IMG/VR virus record: IMGVR_UViG_3300027973_000032
Location: 1-64,000 of that record
DNA length: 64,000 bases
Reading direction: 5' to 3' (one strand)
Origin: a virus
Shown here: positions 27,868 through 39,371 of the stretch, piece by piece
Numbering within the stretch: the first letter of the stretch is position 1
Layout: each line of letters opens with the position of its first letter
Notes under the pieces: generated by a model
What the model was told of the DNA's origin: nothing
Databases searched by the model: none
The model's input: only the letters and a program-made list of their open reading frames with translations
Position numbers and translations under genes: made by a program

Positions 27868-29233
27868 TCTTATTCCTTCCTCTACGCATATTGGCTTGCC
27901 AATGTGCTAGTTGTTTCTTACGTGGGCTAGCATTGCTATGAGTGATCTTATCTAATGAGCTCAAACTGGCCTTTTTAGGTATACCGTGTCTAGCACTGTC
28001 CCCTTTGTCCTCAGGGTGCTTTCCATCTGCAAAGTTCTCAGCTATTGGGTTAGTTGGGTAACCAGAAACATGTTTTTCCCAATGTAGATGTGGGCCTGTC
28101 GAAGTGCCAGAATTGCCTGATAGTCCTACTACTTGCCCTTGAGTTACACGACTACCTGCTCGTACCATAACTTTAGACAAATGGAAGAACTTATGTACTT
28201 CACCATTGTCTCCTATGACTGTAACATAATTACCTTGGCTTCCTCGAGTGTACCCCGATCCCTTAACTGAACCAGACACTGGTGATTTTACTGGAGTGCC
28301 TATTGGTACACCAAAGTCTACTCCATTATGCTGACCTCTAGCCCTTCTTCCAAATGCACTAGTAATTGGGCCATTAACTGGTTTAGTTGAACTTGATGAT
28401 CCCATAGACCTAGTTCTAGGCTGAGATTGATTGGATACTGGTCTTTGATTAGGTGTGCCATTTTTATTAACTATCTGATCACGGGGGCCTTTCATACTAG
28501 TTACAGCATCAATAGCACTCTGTGTATATGGTCCAATTTTTCCATCAACGCCAGTTGGACCCAAATTGTAACCCATTTTTTGTAATACTGTTTGAATTCC
28601 CCTAATTGCTGTAGGTGATTTATTAACTATATCAAAGAACCCCTCATCCAGCCTATCCAAATAGTTTTTCATTTTGAATAAACCATCTTGATCTAGGTCA
28701 TCCAAATATCTATGTCCAGCAACACGTCTAGTTAGTTTTAAGAAGGCTGGTTCATCATCCCACTTAATACCTTTCTTATCTGCTATTTTATGTATACTCT
28801 TTGGTGTTAGTTTTTTCTTTTGGCTCTCTGCCAATATAGTAGCATGTTGGAATAGCTCAGGATTCATCTTAGCCCATAGACGCATGACCACAGCGGCTTT
28901 GGCATTGGCTTCGTTTTCTTCGTCACTGCCATCCTTACCACTATCTGGCTTTAGTTCACCATTAATGTCCTGTTTGTAGTGAACCATTTCATGTGCTAGA
29001 GTACGTAGCACATCCATAATATGTCTATTACCAATGTTGATCTCTATGCCTGCTCCTGGCATATATCCACCAAAGCTACGACGTTGACTGGCCAACTTGG
29101 GATTCCTGTGTAATACAATTTTAGGTGGTTCCTGTAATCCTAACTTTTGACTGGCAAACTTCACAAAGGCCTTGATGATAGGTTCACTACCATCATCAGG
29201 TCTAGGCTTTTCAGTCAATTCTAAAAATTTCAT
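27860..29233 (-). CDS. Multidomain protein: HExxH domain, PG-binding motif, M23 peptidase
   Basis: TLAHEMVH; [25 protein letters not shown]; HNGVD...FFHL...STGPHLHWE. Confidence 0.85.
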   Translation of the reverse strand: MKFLELTEKPRPDDGSEPIIKAFVKFASQKLGLQEPPKIVLHRNPKLASQRRSFGGYMPGAGIEINIGNRHIMDVLRTLAHEMVHYKQDINGELKPDSGKDGSDEENEANAKAAVVMRLWAKMNPELFQHATILAESQKKKLTPKSIHKIADKKGIKWDDEPAFLKLTRRVAGHRYLDDLDQDGLFKMKNYLDRLDEGFFDIVNKSPTAIRGIQTVLQKMGYNLGPTGVDGKIGPYTQSAIDAVTSMKGPRDQIVNKNGTPNQRPVSNQSQPRTRSMGSSSSTKPVNGPITSAFGRRARGQHNGVDFGVPIGTPVKSPVSGSVKGSGYTRGSQGNYVTVIGDNGEVHKFFHLSKVMVRAGSRVTQGQVVGLSGNSGTSTGPHLHWEKHVSGYPTNPIAENFADGKHPEDKGDSARHGIPKKASLSSLDKITHSNASPRKKQLAHWQANMRRGRNKNG

Positions 29234-29436
29234 ATAAAGTTCTTATTTGATAATTGTTGTATTTGATCAGGATGTGTGCCTTCCATACGGGCTACACAAT
29301 TAGGACATTCACAAGTATTACATTCACATTCTTTACACTTTGGTTTGTTGCAGTGATGTGCATGACCGCATAGTCTACAAGGTGTGAATAAGGTTTCAGT
29401 ATCATCATTATCCAGTAGATCTAAAAAATTAAACAT
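29230..29436 (-). CDS. Small Cys/His-rich metal-binding protein
   Basis: CRLCGHAHHC...CKECECNTCECPNC. Confidence 0.65.
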   Translation of the reverse strand: MFNFLDLLDNDDTETLFTPCRLCGHAHHCNKPKCKECECNTCECPNCVARMEGTHPDQIQQLSNKNFI

Positions 29437-29465
29437 GTTAGTTCCTTGTACAAGTAATTATTTAC

Positions 29466-32400
29466 TTAGCTCCAAGTACCGTTGGCTGAATCAGCTCCAA
29501 TTGGTCCTATGGGTAATAATTTAACGTAAGCGCCAGCTAGAACGCCCCATGTTATAGGAGTGTTTTGATCTTGGCTGATCATAAAGTTTAGTGAACCGCC
29601 TGTGGTCACATCAATAGTACCCCAAATTGCATAATGTGCAAAGGCATTGTTAGTATCTGCCACTGCCTGTGCTGTGGTAAACAATGAAGTTAAGTTCTTA
29701 CTCATCATGGTAATACCAGCTGTATATCCATCAACCGTAGTTGTCTTGTTGCCAATCACTGTGTAGTTGTGTTGTGCTAGTACCAGGCCGCCATTTGCAG
29801 CCAATGCATAACTTAGCACACCTGCTTTATTGGCTTGTAAATTAAACACTATCTCATACTGATAACGTGTGTTAGAAATTACGGTTACTCCATTAGTCAA
29901 TCCAAATGGACTGAGCAGTGTATTTTTAGCACTGGTCAATGTATATGCAGTATCTTGAACATAGATCAGTATGTTAGAGTTTAAGTTTCCGTATGTTGAT
30001 CCAATTCCTTGTATACCTTGTACACCTTGGGCAGCTTGTGTTCCTTGAATACCTTGACTGGCCTGCATACCTTGTATGCCCTGTATACCTTGATTACCGG
30101 TTGATCCATAAGTACCTTGAGTACCTTGAATGCCTTGGCGTCCTTGTATACCTTGTGTACCCTGTGTTCCTTGAGCACCGTCTGTACCTTGTGTTCCCTG
30201 TATACCTTGTATGCCCTGAGTGCCCTGTGTACCTTGACGTCCTTGGATGCCTTGATTACCCAGTATACCTTGTGTACCTTGTGTACCTTGTAGGCCAGTA
30301 TCACCAGTTGCTCCATAAGTACCTTGTGTACCCTGTATACCTTGCGTACCTTGATTGCCTTGTGTACCTTGTGTACCCTGTGTACCTTGGATGCCCTGTT
30401 GACCTTGTGTACCTTGTGTACCCTGTATGCCTTGGCGCCCTTGTATACCCTGTTGACCTTGATTACCTTGATTACCTTGTATACCTTGATTACCTTGTAT
30501 ACCTTGATTACCTTGTGTACCTTGTGTACCTTGTGTACCTTGTGTACCTTGTATACCTTGTACGCCTTGTGTACCCTGTGTACCTTGGATGCCCTGTTGA
30601 CCTTGTGTACCTTGTGTACCCTGTACACCCTGTACACCCTGTAAGCCCTGTACACCTTGTATACCTTGATTACCTTGTGTACCTTGTGTACCTTGTACGC
30701 CTTGGACACCTTGAACGCCTTGTACGCCTTGTAGACCTTGGCGTCCTTGTACACCTTGTACGCCTTGTACACCTTGTACACCTTGAATACCTTGTACACC
30801 TTGAGGACCAAGTATATCTCCTACGTCATTCCACTGTGATCCGTCCCAAAAGTATAAGCTACCATCAACTATATTAAGATATCCATCACCTATATCGCCA
30901 GTATAAGCATTAGGGTATCCAGGCAAATCGGTAATAACACTAACCGATCCCAATATTCTTACACTAGTCCCGTCTAGACCTTTAATACCTTGGGCACCGT
31001 ATGTACCTTGTATACCTTGTGTACCTTGATTACCCTGTGTACCTTGTGTACCTTGATTACCCTGTGTACCTTGTGTACCTTGATTACCCTGTGTACCTTG
31101 TGTACCTTGTATGCCCTGTGTACCTTGTATGCCCTGCGTACCCTGCGTACCTTGTGTACCCTGCGTACCTTGTGTACCCTGCGTACCTTGTGATCCAGCA
31201 TTACCTTGTGTGCCTTGTATACCTTGTGTACCTTGATTACCTTGTGTACCTTGATTACCCTGTGTACCTTGTGTACCTTGTATGCCCTGTGTACCTTGTA
31301 TGCCCTGCGTACCCTGCGTACCTTGTGTACCCTGCGTACCTTGTGTACCCTGCGTACCTTGTGTACCCTGCGTACCTTGTGATCCAGCATTACCTTGTGT
31401 TCCTTGGGCTGCCTGTGTGCCTTGTATACCTTGTGTACCTTGAGAACCTGTTTGACCAATGTTCCCAGTTGCTCCATAAGTACCTTGTGTACCATTTTGT
31501 CCTTGTACACCTTGCGTACCCTGTGTACCTTGATTGCCTGTTATACCTTGAGCACCTTGTTCACCTGTTGTGCCTTGTAGACCTAATGTACCTTGAGTAC
31601 CTTGACGTCCTTGTATACCTTGATTACCTGTTATACCTTGACTGCCAAAAGTGCCTTGAAATCCAGTAGTCCCTTGGAATCCTTGTATACCTTGAAATCC
31701 GTCCGTACCCTGTATACCTTGTATGCCCTGGCGACCTTGGCGGCCTTGTGTACCCTGTGTACCTTGTACGCCTTGTGATCCACGTATGTCGCCTACATCA
31801 TTCCATTGTGCGCCATCCCAAAAGTACAGACTGCCATCGACTATGTTAAGGTATCCATCACCAATATCACCAAGATAACTTGTAGGATAACCAGGTAGTT
31901 CAGTTATGTCACTGACTGAACCTAATATTCTTACACTGGTTCCGTCAACACCCTTGACACCTTGCAGTCCTATATCGCCTTGTACACCCTGTAGACCCTG
32001 TATGACTTCGGGCTTGTTCTTGATATAATCTAATTTGGTGTTGTCAGTTTGATCCCAATCACTTTGAATGGCTGCTGTAATTTGTCTAGTGTTATCTCTA
32101 AATGTTATGCCAGATTCTGTGTCTACTGCACCAACGAAAGATAATCCTGTACTATCAACCGTGGCCGACTTTTGAATAGTTGCAGAACCAACAGGAGCAT
32201 TTTGAAACACAAACTTAGTACCTGCTGTAGTATCAGTAAAGTTTTCAGCAGCCACAGTATCAAGTCTACTAATACCATTCACATAGCCAGTAGTTCCCCA
32301 ACCCACAGCTGAAAAACGTGACAGCACATCACCCTCAACCATAGCACTAGGTTCATCCACTGTGCCACGTGCGGCTCTGCCTGCATACAATGGATAAGTG

Positions 32401-33767
32401 CCTACACCAAAGCTATCTGAACTTATGCGCGAACTCTTACCATCTTGAGCTGTTAATTGAATTAATGTGCCATCATATAGTGTGACACGTGGTTGCGTAT
32501 GACCATTATTAGTACCAACAATACTTAATGTGGATTTGGTTGGGTCCGAACTAACTGGACTATATATGGCTGTTAGCCCCTCTCTATTAACATCAAATAC
32601 TGTTCTACCTAAATTGTTTCTTATTCTAATTGGTCGATTAAAATCCACATAGCCTGTGGCATCTGTTGAACCAACTATGATGTCACGCTCAGGATCAGTA
32701 ATCTTAATTTGATTGTCCACCAATGTGAACTCACCTACACTAAGGCCTGCACCATTCTGAACATATAACAAATTGTCCCTAGCACCAATGGCAATATCCT
32801 TACCCAAGGTTTCGTCAAATATAAAGATAGTGCCCGGACCTAAATAGATACTTTTCCAACGTTTGGTCGGTGTACCAAGAGTACTAATGTTATTGGTCAC
32901 TGGTACTATATTGGTGTTAACAATAACATCGCCTAGTCCACGACTATCTAAAAATATATCACTATTGTTGGCACTTTGAACGTTAAAGTTAGCTTTGGTT
33001 AATGGACGTAATAGATCAAACTTGGCACCAGTTAATGGCAATACCTGTCCCAATGAAGATAGATCCAATCCCACAATAACATAATTACTCCACTCGGCAG
33101 GATCACCTTCTCCAGCTAATCCTCGATCCCGTACCACACTGGGCACAATGCCTACACCAGTTAATATGTCATTAATTTGAATAGCACTGATAGGAATGCC
33201 ACTAGTTCCTGGCGCTAATTCGAATACGGTCCATGGTGCAACAACTCCATTTATGTTTCCATAAGTGCCAGTTAATAAATTGTCGCTTGGGCCAGTGCTG
33301 CTATCCACTATACTGGCTAATTCATACTGCGTGATATATGCTTCAATATAGAGATTGCTGTTTAAGATATTACCATTGTCGCCTACTTTAAGACTGGGCA
33401 CTTGTACACTGCCACTGCCATTAGGATTGAGTATAATATCAGTATCAGGCACCGTACCTGATAATGTCTGCAAATCTTCACCATTGATTACAAAATTGCC
33501 TAGGTCAAGACTGATCCTGCCTTCGCCATCTATATAAACATTGTCACCAGTCTTGACTCCGCCCAGTCTAGTTTCTGTGGCAGGTAATAAGGTATAATCA
33601 CTTTGACCACCTCCAGCAATAACAGTACCACCAGGAGTGACAGTGTCTAATTGTATACGTAGGGTGTTGGTGTTGCTGTCATACCAAATACGGTTGAGCT
33701 CGCCTATACGAGTATTGCCGTCTGGATAACTATGGAAACTGGTGAATAATTTTTGTGTGAAGGACAC
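29466..33767 (-). CDS. Collagen-like fibre protein (1,433 aa; GTG start)
   Basis: Long Gly-X-Gln tracts interrupted by two copies of a ~55-aa domain; [12 protein letters not shown] and QSDWDQTD fibre motifs. Confidence 0.88.
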   Translation of the reverse strand: MSFTQKLFTSFHSYPDGNTRIGELNRIWYDSNTNTLRIQLDTVTPGGTVIAGGGQSDYTLLPATETRLGGVKTGDNVYIDGEGRISLDLGNFVINGEDLQTLSGTVPDTDIILNPNGSGSVQVPSLKVGDNGNILNSNLYIEAYITQYELASIVDSSTGPSDNLLTGTYGNINGVVAPWTVFELAPGTSGIPISAIQINDILTGVGIVPSVVRDRGLAGEGDPAEWSNYVIVGLDLSSLGQVLPLTGAKFDLLRPLTKANFNVQSANNSDIFLDSRGLGDVIVNTNIVPVTNNISTLGTPTKRWKSIYLGPGTIFIFDETLGKDIAIGARDNLLYVQNGAGLSVGEFTLVDNQIKITDPERDIIVGSTDATGYVDFNRPIRIRNNLGRTVFDVNREGLTAIYSPVSSDPTKSTLSIVGTNNGHTQPRVTLYDGTLIQLTAQDGKSSRISSDSFGVGTYPLYAGRAARGTVDEPSAMVEGDVLSRFSAVGWGTTGYVNGISRLDTVAAENFTDTTAGTKFVFQNAPVGSATIQKSATVDSTGLSFVGAVDTESGITFRDNTRQITAAIQSDWDQTDNTKLDYIKNKPEVIQGLQGVQGDIGLQGVKGVDGTSVRILGSVSDITELPGYPTSYLGDIGDGYLNIVDGSLYFWDGAQWNDVGDIRGSQGVQGTQGTQGRQGRQGIQGIQGTDGFQGIQGFQGTTGFQGTFGSQGITGNQGIQGRQGTQGTLGLQGTTGEQGAQGITGNQGTQGTQGVQGQNGTQGTYGATGNIGQTGSQGTQGIQGTQAAQGTQGNAGSQGTQGTQGTQGTQGTQGTQGTQGTQGIQGTQGIQGTQGTQGNQGTQGNQGTQGIQGTQGNAGSQGTQGTQGTQGTQGTQGTQGIQGTQGIQGTQGTQGNQGTQGTQGNQGTQGTQGNQGTQGIQGTYGAQGIKGLDGTSVRILGSVSVITDLPGYPNAYTGDIGDGYLNIVDGSLYFWDGSQWNDVGDILGPQGVQGIQGVQGVQGVQGVQGRQGLQGVQGVQGVQGVQGTQGTQGNQGIQGVQGLQGVQGVQGTQGTQGQQGIQGTQGTQGVQGIQGTQGTQGTQGTQGNQGIQGNQGIQGNQGNQGQQGIQGRQGIQGTQGTQGQQGIQGTQGTQGTQGNQGTQGIQGTQGTYGATGDTGLQGTQGTQGILGNQGIQGRQGTQGTQGIQGIQGTQGTDGAQGTQGTQGIQGRQGIQGTQGTYGSTGNQGIQGIQGMQASQGIQGTQAAQGVQGIQGIGSTYGNLNSNILIYVQDTAYTLTSAKNTLLSPFGLTNGVTVISNTRYQYEIVFNLQANKAGVLSYALAANGGLVLAQHNYTVIGNKTTTVDGYTAGITMMSKNLTSLFTTAQAVADTNNAFAHYAIWGTIDVTTGGSLNFMISQDQNTPITWGVLAGAYVKLLPIGPIGADSANGTWS
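30005..31780 (-). repeat. 9-bp coding repeats encoding (G-T/I/V/N-Q)n
   Basis: ccttgtgta-type nonamers; two tracts separated by a non-repetitive domain near 30810-30980. Confidence 0.95.
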
Positions 33768-33777
33768 GGGCTACTCC

Positions 33778-34068
33778 CTATCCCTCGAAGGGCTCGTCTT
33801 CGTCTGCTACTATGGCTGTGAACTTGTCTGCTTGATTTGGCAATCCTGCCATCTTTTTCATTATTTCTATTTTTTGTTGTAATGGCGGAACCATTACTGG
33901 ATTTGGATCCAATTCTGGATCTTCATGATCGTGTTCATCATGTCCTGGCATTTCCACCGTTTGATGACCACCGTGAATATTAACTTCTACGCCATCATTG
34001 TGCTCTTCCTCACCATCCATGGAGGATAACATATTCACGATGTCTCTTAAAAATTCTGCTGCTCTCAT
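33778..34068 (-). CDS. Acidic/His-rich hypothetical protein
   Basis: MRAAEF start; TAAATA 5 nt upstream. Confidence 0.75.
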   Translation of the reverse strand: MRAAEFLRDIVNMLSSMDGEEEHNDGVEVNIHGGHQTVEMPGHDEHDHEDPELDPNPVMVPPLQQKIEIMKKMAGLPNQADKFTAIVADEDEPFEG

Positions 34069-34083
34069 ATTAGTATTTAGTAA

Positions 34084-34293
34084 TTATTCTGCAACCCAAG
34101 GCCTTCCTTCGACTAGGCCTCCTATATTGTCATTGTCCACAACATCATTGTCACTATATTGCGTGGGCAATTGCTCTAACACATATACAGATCTTGGATT
34201 GCCAACTCTTGCTCTGTCCAATGCAGCCAAGTCTAACTTGGCTCGTTGTCTATCTTCTTTGGTAGGTAAATCACTTATTCCATTTGCTGCCAT
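34084..34293 (-). CDS. Hypothetical protein
   Basis: 69-aa ORF with AAGGA SD. Confidence 0.7.
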   Translation of the reverse strand: MAANGISDLPTKEDRQRAKLDLAALDRARVGNPRSVYVLEQLPTQYSDNDVVDNDNIGGLVEGRPWVAE

Positions 34294-34335
34294 TTCTATA
34301 ATCCTTTCTAATACTTATCAAATAAATAAACTACT

Positions 34336-35535
34336 ATGATTAATAAAACACCATTTCACAAACTACTTAAAGATCTTAAAGAGTCTGGCAAATATAGAGT
34401 ATTCAATAACATCGTCCGTGAGAAAGGCGAATTCCCCAATGCTATTTGGTACGGTAAGTTTACTATTAAAAACATCGTAAACTGGTGCAGCAACGATTAC
34501 TTGGGCATGGGCCAACATAAGGCTGTTATTGATGCCATGCATACAGCACTAGATCAAACTGGCTCAGGCTCGGGTGGCACTAGAAACATTGGTGGCACTA
34601 GCAGCTATCATGTGGCCCTAGAGAACGAACTTGCTACCTTACATAACAAAGCCAAAGCATTACTGTTCAGCAGTGCTTATGTGGCCAATGAATGGGCATT
34701 GATTGCACTGAGTAGGATTATTCCTGATATTCATTTCATCAGTGACAGTCAAAACCATAATAGCTTGATCATAGGCATCAATCATAGTCGTGCTGCAAAG
34801 ACTGTGTTCAAACACAACGATATGGAAGACCTAGAACGTATTTTAAAGGAAGTCAAAGCTCAAGGTCAAACTCCCTGTATCGTATTTGAAAGTGTTTACA
34901 GCATGGACGGCGACATTGGCCTAATTAAAGAAATATGTGATCTAGCAGACGAATACGAAGCTATTACCTACATTGACGAAGTACACGCTGTAGGCCTATA
35001 TGGTCCACAAGGCGGTGGTGTTGCTCAACAATTAGGCCTAGAGTCTAGGATCGACTTGATCAACGGCACACTGGGCAAGGCGTTTGGCGTGCAAGGAGGT
35101 TATGTTGCTGGCGACTCTGACGTTATTGATGCTATTCGTAGTGTGGCAGCTGGATTTATCTTTACTACTAGTATGAGTCCAGTTAGCTGTGCTGGTGCGT
35201 TGACTGCTGTAAAGTGGTTGAAGGAACATCAAGAACTAAGAGACAAACATCAAGAACGTGCCCTCAAACTAAAGGTAGCATTGATTGAAGCTGGCTTGCC
35301 TTATATGGATATTTCCACATCACACATTGTACCAGTGCTAGTTGGCAATGCTGTTCGTTGTAAGGCCATGAGTGATGCCTTATTGGATGATCATAATATC
35401 TATGTTCAACCTATTAACTATCCAACTGTGGCAGTAGGTACAGAACGACTAAGATTCGCACCTACTCCATATCACGATGATGGCATGATCGAAAAATTGA
35501 TCATTGCTCTTAAGGATGTGTTTAATAGATTTTGA
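34336..35535 (+). CDS. hemA: 5-aminolevulinate synthase (Shemin/C4 pathway, PLP-dependent)
   Basis: [50 protein letters not shown] (PLP Lys), [23 protein letters not shown]. Confidence 0.93.
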   Translation: MINKTPFHKLLKDLKESGKYRVFNNIVREKGEFPNAIWYGKFTIKNIVNWCSNDYLGMGQHKAVIDAMHTALDQTGSGSGGTRNIGGTSSYHVALENELATLHNKAKALLFSSAYVANEWALIALSRIIPDIHFISDSQNHNSLIIGINHSRAAKTVFKHNDMEDLERILKEVKAQGQTPCIVFESVYSMDGDIGLIKEICDLADEYEAITYIDEVHAVGLYGPQGGGVAQQLGLESRIDLINGTLGKAFGVQGGYVAGDSDVIDAIRSVAAGFIFTTSMSPVSCAGALTAVKWLKEHQELRDKHQERALKLKVALIEAGLPYMDISTSHIVPVLVGNAVRCKAMSDALLDDHNIYVQPINYPTVAVGTERLRFAPTPYHDDGMIEKLIIALKDVFNRF

Positions 35536-35973
35536 TTAGGGTTGCATGGATGCTTTTAACATCCATCCATGCTTTCTATGAGCATCCATACGTTCAGCTA
35601 GGAAGTTGCTGAATCCATGCTCTCCATACTTTTCCGCTGCATCATAGACCATTTTGAAAAGCTTAATCATCTTTTCATTGTCCTGTGCCAATTCCATCAA
35701 CATACTGTTTTGATCTAATATCTCAGTCTCGTCATCAACTTGTGATAACATACTGAAACGCTGTAAGCTGGCTGGAACAAATGTGCCTAGGCTACGAATC
35801 TTTTCAGCAAAATCATCAATGGCACCATAGACTTCCTCATAGATTTTACCAAACAAATCGTGATATTCTAAAAAGTCTGGGCCTGTGATGTTCCAGTGAA
35901 AATTGTGTGCTTTTAGATAAAAACTAAACTCACTGGCAAAGGCTACTTTAGCTGCTTTATGTAATTCTTCCAT
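35536..35973 (-). CDS. dps: Dps mini-ferritin
   Basis: KAHNFHWNITGPDF..YH.LF...Y......D..AEKIR.LG; C-terminal KHGWML. Confidence 0.93.
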   Translation of the reverse strand: MEELHKAAKVAFASEFSFYLKAHNFHWNITGPDFLEYHDLFGKIYEEVYGAIDDFAEKIRSLGTFVPASLQRFSMLSQVDDETEILDQNSMLMELAQDNEKMIKLFKMVYDAAEKYGEHGFSNFLAERMDAHRKHGWMLKASMQP

Positions 35974-35983
35974 CTAGTATTTA

Positions 35984-36403
35984 TTAGAAAGAATTGTTAA
36001 ACCAGCCTATCTTACGTCCTTGAGCAATACGCTGTTCATACTCTGCCACACTACCGGGCCAACGCCATGCCCATATGGCCACACATAACATAAAGATACC
36101 TGTGTATATGATTCCCCTTGTAGGCACATTGGTTAGGTACATGGTCAACAAGCTTGAACTCATCATTGCAATCATAAAGTATTTCATCTTAGTTGGAAAC
36201 ACTCTGCACTTGTTCCAATTAGTTAGGAATGGCCCGAATAGTTTGTGATTGTATAGCCAGGCATGCATACGTGGACTGCCCTTGGCAAAACAATAGGCTG
36301 CAAACACTATGAAACAACTGTAGGGAATGCCTGGTACTATAACACCAATATAGGCCATGCCCAAACTTAAAAATCCCAATGCAATCCAAAAATACTTTTT
36401 CAT
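35984..36403 (-). CDS. YbaN/DUF454-like inner membrane protein
   Basis: LGFLSLGMAYIGVIVPGIP..CF..FAAYCFAKGSPRMHAWL..HKLFGP. Confidence 0.85.
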   Translation of the reverse strand: MKKYFWIALGFLSLGMAYIGVIVPGIPYSCFIVFAAYCFAKGSPRMHAWLYNHKLFGPFLTNWNKCRVFPTKMKYFMIAMMSSSLLTMYLTNVPTRGIIYTGIFMLCVAIWAWRWPGSVAEYEQRIAQGRKIGWFNNSF

Positions 36404-37248
36404 ATGTTTCCCCAAGAGTTTTCACTTTTACGTGATTGCAAATCAAAACCATTTGTACACAATCTACGACGACAGACTACAGGATTGGTTGACCAATTCA
36501 CTGCGCCTTCTAGTATATTGCCCAATGTGCCGTTTTGTTCGCACCAGCCTCTGAAAACATATCCTTGTCTATCTATGACAAATTGTTCTACTCCGGCCCA
36601 ACACATATGCCCAGTATACTCGTTTAGTTTATGTATACGAATTTGTTCAATTTGATTGGAGATTTGATTTGACTCTACTCCTTTGTCTTTGTAATAATAG
36701 TCTATTTGCTCTTGACTATAATCATAATACTCATTGTTACCTCGAGTAAAGTTTTTATAGAGTAAGTTTAGTTCTGTAATAAATCCACTATGCCTAAATG
36801 AATCTCTTATTTGAACTATTTCATTCCAGTTTGTAGGTTGTATAGGAAACTTGACTAATAAGTCAACAGAATTACTTTGTAATAACTCTGCTACTTTTAG
36901 TATATGATCTACGTCTGTACGTTTATGCACACTGATGATTACATTGGCAAAGTGTGCTAGATTCTCCTGCCACCATGCTAATGATTTAGTGCCATTTGTT
37001 TCTAGTGTAAGTTGCTTGCAGGGATCTTTTCGTACTGAGCGCAGGGCCAAGTCCAGCCCTTCATAGGCTGTGGGCTCTCCACCTACAATTTGTAAATTAA
37101 ATTGACTAAATGTATCGTAAATTATGCCAAAGGCTTTGACAAATTTATCAGGATCTGGTAAAGGTATACTGCCCGTCTTTAATGTATCTGGACAGTATTC
37201 ACAATTGTAATTGCAGTGATTTCCCAAACTCCATTGTATTCGAATCAA
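36400..37248 (-). CDS. Radical SAM protein with C-terminal Cys cluster (twitch/SPASM-like)
   Basis: CNYNCEYC, GGEPT, ETNG, C-terminal CWAG...WC...GNI...C...C. Confidence 0.88.
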   Translation of the reverse strand: MIRIQWSLGNHCNYNCEYCPDTLKTGSIPLPDPDKFVKAFGIIYDTFSQFNLQIVGGEPTAYEGLDLALRSVRKDPCKQLTLETNGTKSLAWWQENLAHFANVIISVHKRTDVDHILKVAELLQSNSVDLLVKFPIQPTNWNEIVQIRDSFRHSGFITELNLLYKNFTRGNNEYYDYSQEQIDYYYKDKGVESNQISNQIEQIRIHKLNEYTGHMCWAGVEQFVIDRQGYVFRGWCEQNGTLGNILEGAVNWSTNPVVCRRRLCTNGFDLQSRKSENSWGNI

Positions 37249-37754
37249 TTGATATAGTCCAGCCAGCTGTCATGTCTAATATTAAATGGTATGTTCTTTC
37301 TTTTATTTACCATTTCAAAATAGTCAGGACGGTATGGCTTAACTTTAGGTTTCATCTTAGTGCTATTGCCTTTGGCACTGTTGCATGGGCTACAGGCTGT
37401 GACAGTATTTTCAAACACAGTCTTGCCACCTTGGCTCAATGGCTTGACATGATCCAATGTGCAGTCACGCTTGTCTAATAGTACGCCGCAGTATTGGCAA
37501 GTATGATTGTCACGTAGGAAAACATTGCTTTTACTGAATCTAACAGAAGTTTTGGGCTTCATGTATTCTCTCAACATGACCACAGCAGGCACATTAGTTT
37601 CCCAATCCACACTGTGAACTATCCACTCCTCATGCCAAGCAATCACAGAGGCTTTATCCAATACTAGATATCGAATAGACTCTTGCCAATCAATAGTGCT
37701 CAAAGGTAGAAAGCTTAGTGGTTGGCCGTCAGCATTAAGTACTAGAGTATCCAT
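37245..37754 (-). CDS. HNH endonuclease
   Basis: RDNHTCQYCG...TLDHVKP.SQGG....N.VTAC.PCN..K. Confidence 0.92.
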   Translation of the reverse strand: MDTLVLNADGQPLSFLPLSTIDWQESIRYLVLDKASVIAWHEEWIVHSVDWETNVPAVVMLREYMKPKTSVRFSKSNVFLRDNHTCQYCGVLLDKRDCTLDHVKPLSQGGKTVFENTVTACSPCNSAKGNSTKMKPKVKPYRPDYFEMVNKRKNIPFNIRHDSWLDYIN

Positions 37755-37794
37755 AAATGGATTCCAAAAATTGTATTATACTATCATTTTCCAT

Positions 37795-38349
37795 TTATGC
37801 AAAGATTGATTGGACAAAGTCCATACCACTTCGTTCCACACTTTGTAGCCATTGATCCTTTTGATCATGTTCAAAGACTAACTCATAGTCAGCTGAACTG
37901 ACCAACCAACTGTGATTTCGACTTCTTGGGGGAGTTCCCTGATATTCATCCATTAATTGACTTGGTGCCCAGCCACACATACCTAAGAACATTCTAAAAT
38001 GTTTTGGTGCATCACCATTGCCTAATCTATACATTAGGTCATCACTGCTGCTTATACTGAAGTCATCATTGATCTGCATGGTGTTCCCACAGGCCCAATC
38101 ACTGCTATGTAACATGGTTAGAGCTTTGATATTAACTGGGCCGCCAATATGTAAGTAGCCTGGGATATTATATTCTTCGCCAACTTGTCTAGAAAAGTCT
38201 CTAATTAGAATGGTACTACGTTTGTTTAACAGTAAGCCTACACTGCCATTAATATGATCTTCGGTCATAAAGATTACAGCAGTTTTCCAAAAGCCGTCAT
38301 CAATTTTAGGAGGTGCGATTAATAATTTGCCTGTAAAGTTATCTGTCAT
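37795..38349 (-). CDS. YqgE/AlgH family protein
   Basis: GKLLIAPP..DD.FW..AVIF...H...GS.GL.LN, GGPV, FLGMCGWAPSQL..E. Confidence 0.88.
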   Translation of the reverse strand: MTDNFTGKLLIAPPKIDDGFWKTAVIFMTEDHINGSVGLLLNKRSTILIRDFSRQVGEEYNIPGYLHIGGPVNIKALTMLHSSDWACGNTMQINDDFSISSSDDLMYRLGNGDAPKHFRMFLGMCGWAPSQLMDEYQGTPPRSRNHSWLVSSADYELVFEHDQKDQWLQSVERSGMDFVQSIFA

Positions 38350-38363
38350 AGTAAAGGTATTTA

Positions 38364-39128
38364 TTAACCTATATTGGAGCTAGGCATATTATCAGAGTCA
38401 GCATTAAACATAGCTACCTCCTGACGTCTGCGCCTAACCAATCCACCCAATCTTCTTCCACCAGCAGTGTTATAATTTAACATGGCCTGTGCTATTTGTT
38501 TTTTATTTCTACGGCCATTATCACTGACTTGATCCAACCATCCTGGGCCACCATTAAAAACAAAACTGGTCAATGCATCACGTTGACTGTTATCAAATCC
38601 ATACTTGTGGGCTTGATCAAATCTTACTACAATATCATAAAATTCTTGAGCTTTTTGCCTTAGTCTACGGTCTGCTTCCCTTTCATCAATTACTTCATTA
38701 CGACTACTAGCTTTGGTGCCATAGCCGTTAGTCCATTGTTTATAGTCCCAAAATGCTTTTGCTTTAAACCCTTCGTTTTGTTTTACAAATTGTATAAGTT
38801 GTTCACTGGGTTTACCAGATCCCGATATTGCACTAGCAGGTGTACGTTGACCTGCCGCAGATGAATTTGTGCTAGTATTACCAGAAGAGGGTTGATTTTT
38901 TAAATTTTTAGATTTTGGATTATTGGATGTTGAAACAACATTATCATTAGAAGAAGATTTTGCTTTTTTAGGATTTAGAAGATCAGGCAAATCTTTTGAA
39001 AAACCTGATAGATAATCCAGCAAACCTTTCCCTGGTTTACCACCTGGTAACATTGCCGACGTGGCCTGACCAATTAAGTCATCCCACCCATCATCCCCAA
39101 AGGCTTCTTTGAATTCTTTGAATCTCAT
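38364..39128 (-). CDS. Lysozyme (GH24-like) with low-complexity N-terminal extension
   Basis: NEGF...AFWD..QWTNGYG, DALTSFVFNGG, GLVRRR..E..MF; start taken at MRFKEF (TAATG overlap). Confidence 0.85.
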   Translation of the reverse strand: MRFKEFKEAFGDDGWDDLIGQATSAMLPGGKPGKGLLDYLSGFSKDLPDLLNPKKAKSSSNDNVVSTSNNPKSKNLKNQPSSGNTSTNSSAAGQRTPASAISGSGKPSEQLIQFVKQNEGFKAKAFWDYKQWTNGYGTKASSRNEVIDEREADRRLRQKAQEFYDIVVRFDQAHKYGFDNSQRDALTSFVFNGGPGWLDQVSDNGRRNKKQIAQAMLNYNTAGGRRLGGLVRRRRQEVAMFNADSDNMPSSNIG

Positions 39129-39367
39129 TAGGCATTCCCTTTCCATACTGGTAAAGGACCGCCATAGTTACCGCCTTTGACTTTCTTACCTTTGACCTTT
39201 TGACGCTTTCTATTAATGGTAAACTTCTTTTCTGTTTCCCTAGCTCTGTATCCTTGACTGATACAACTGCTCAATTGACTAGCACCCAACTGACTATCTG
39301 GCTTAGTACTGGTGCAGAGTTTTCTACTGGCTGCTCCAGATTCTTGAATAATTTCCCGTATCTTCAT
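39128..39367 (-). CDS. Small basic protein (MKIREI)
   Basis: TAAATA 5 nt upstream of ATG 39367; Lys-rich C-terminus. Confidence 0.7.
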   Translation of the reverse strand: MKIREIIQESGAASRKLCTSTKPDSQLGASQLSSCISQGYRARETEKKFTINRKRQKVKGKKVKGGNYGGPLPVWKGNA

Positions 39368-39371
39368 AAAT

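Noticed and set aside
29981-31778. Alternative-frame and antisense ORFs (VYK/YLV/CTL repeats)
   Set aside because: Produced by the 9-bp collagen repeat lacking stops in other frames
34336-39146. Host chromosomal fragment or prophage boundary around the metabolic genes
   Set aside because: Genes are interleaved with phage-type ORFs, share the TAAATA motif and AT-rich composition, and show no bacterial operon synteny or att/integrase
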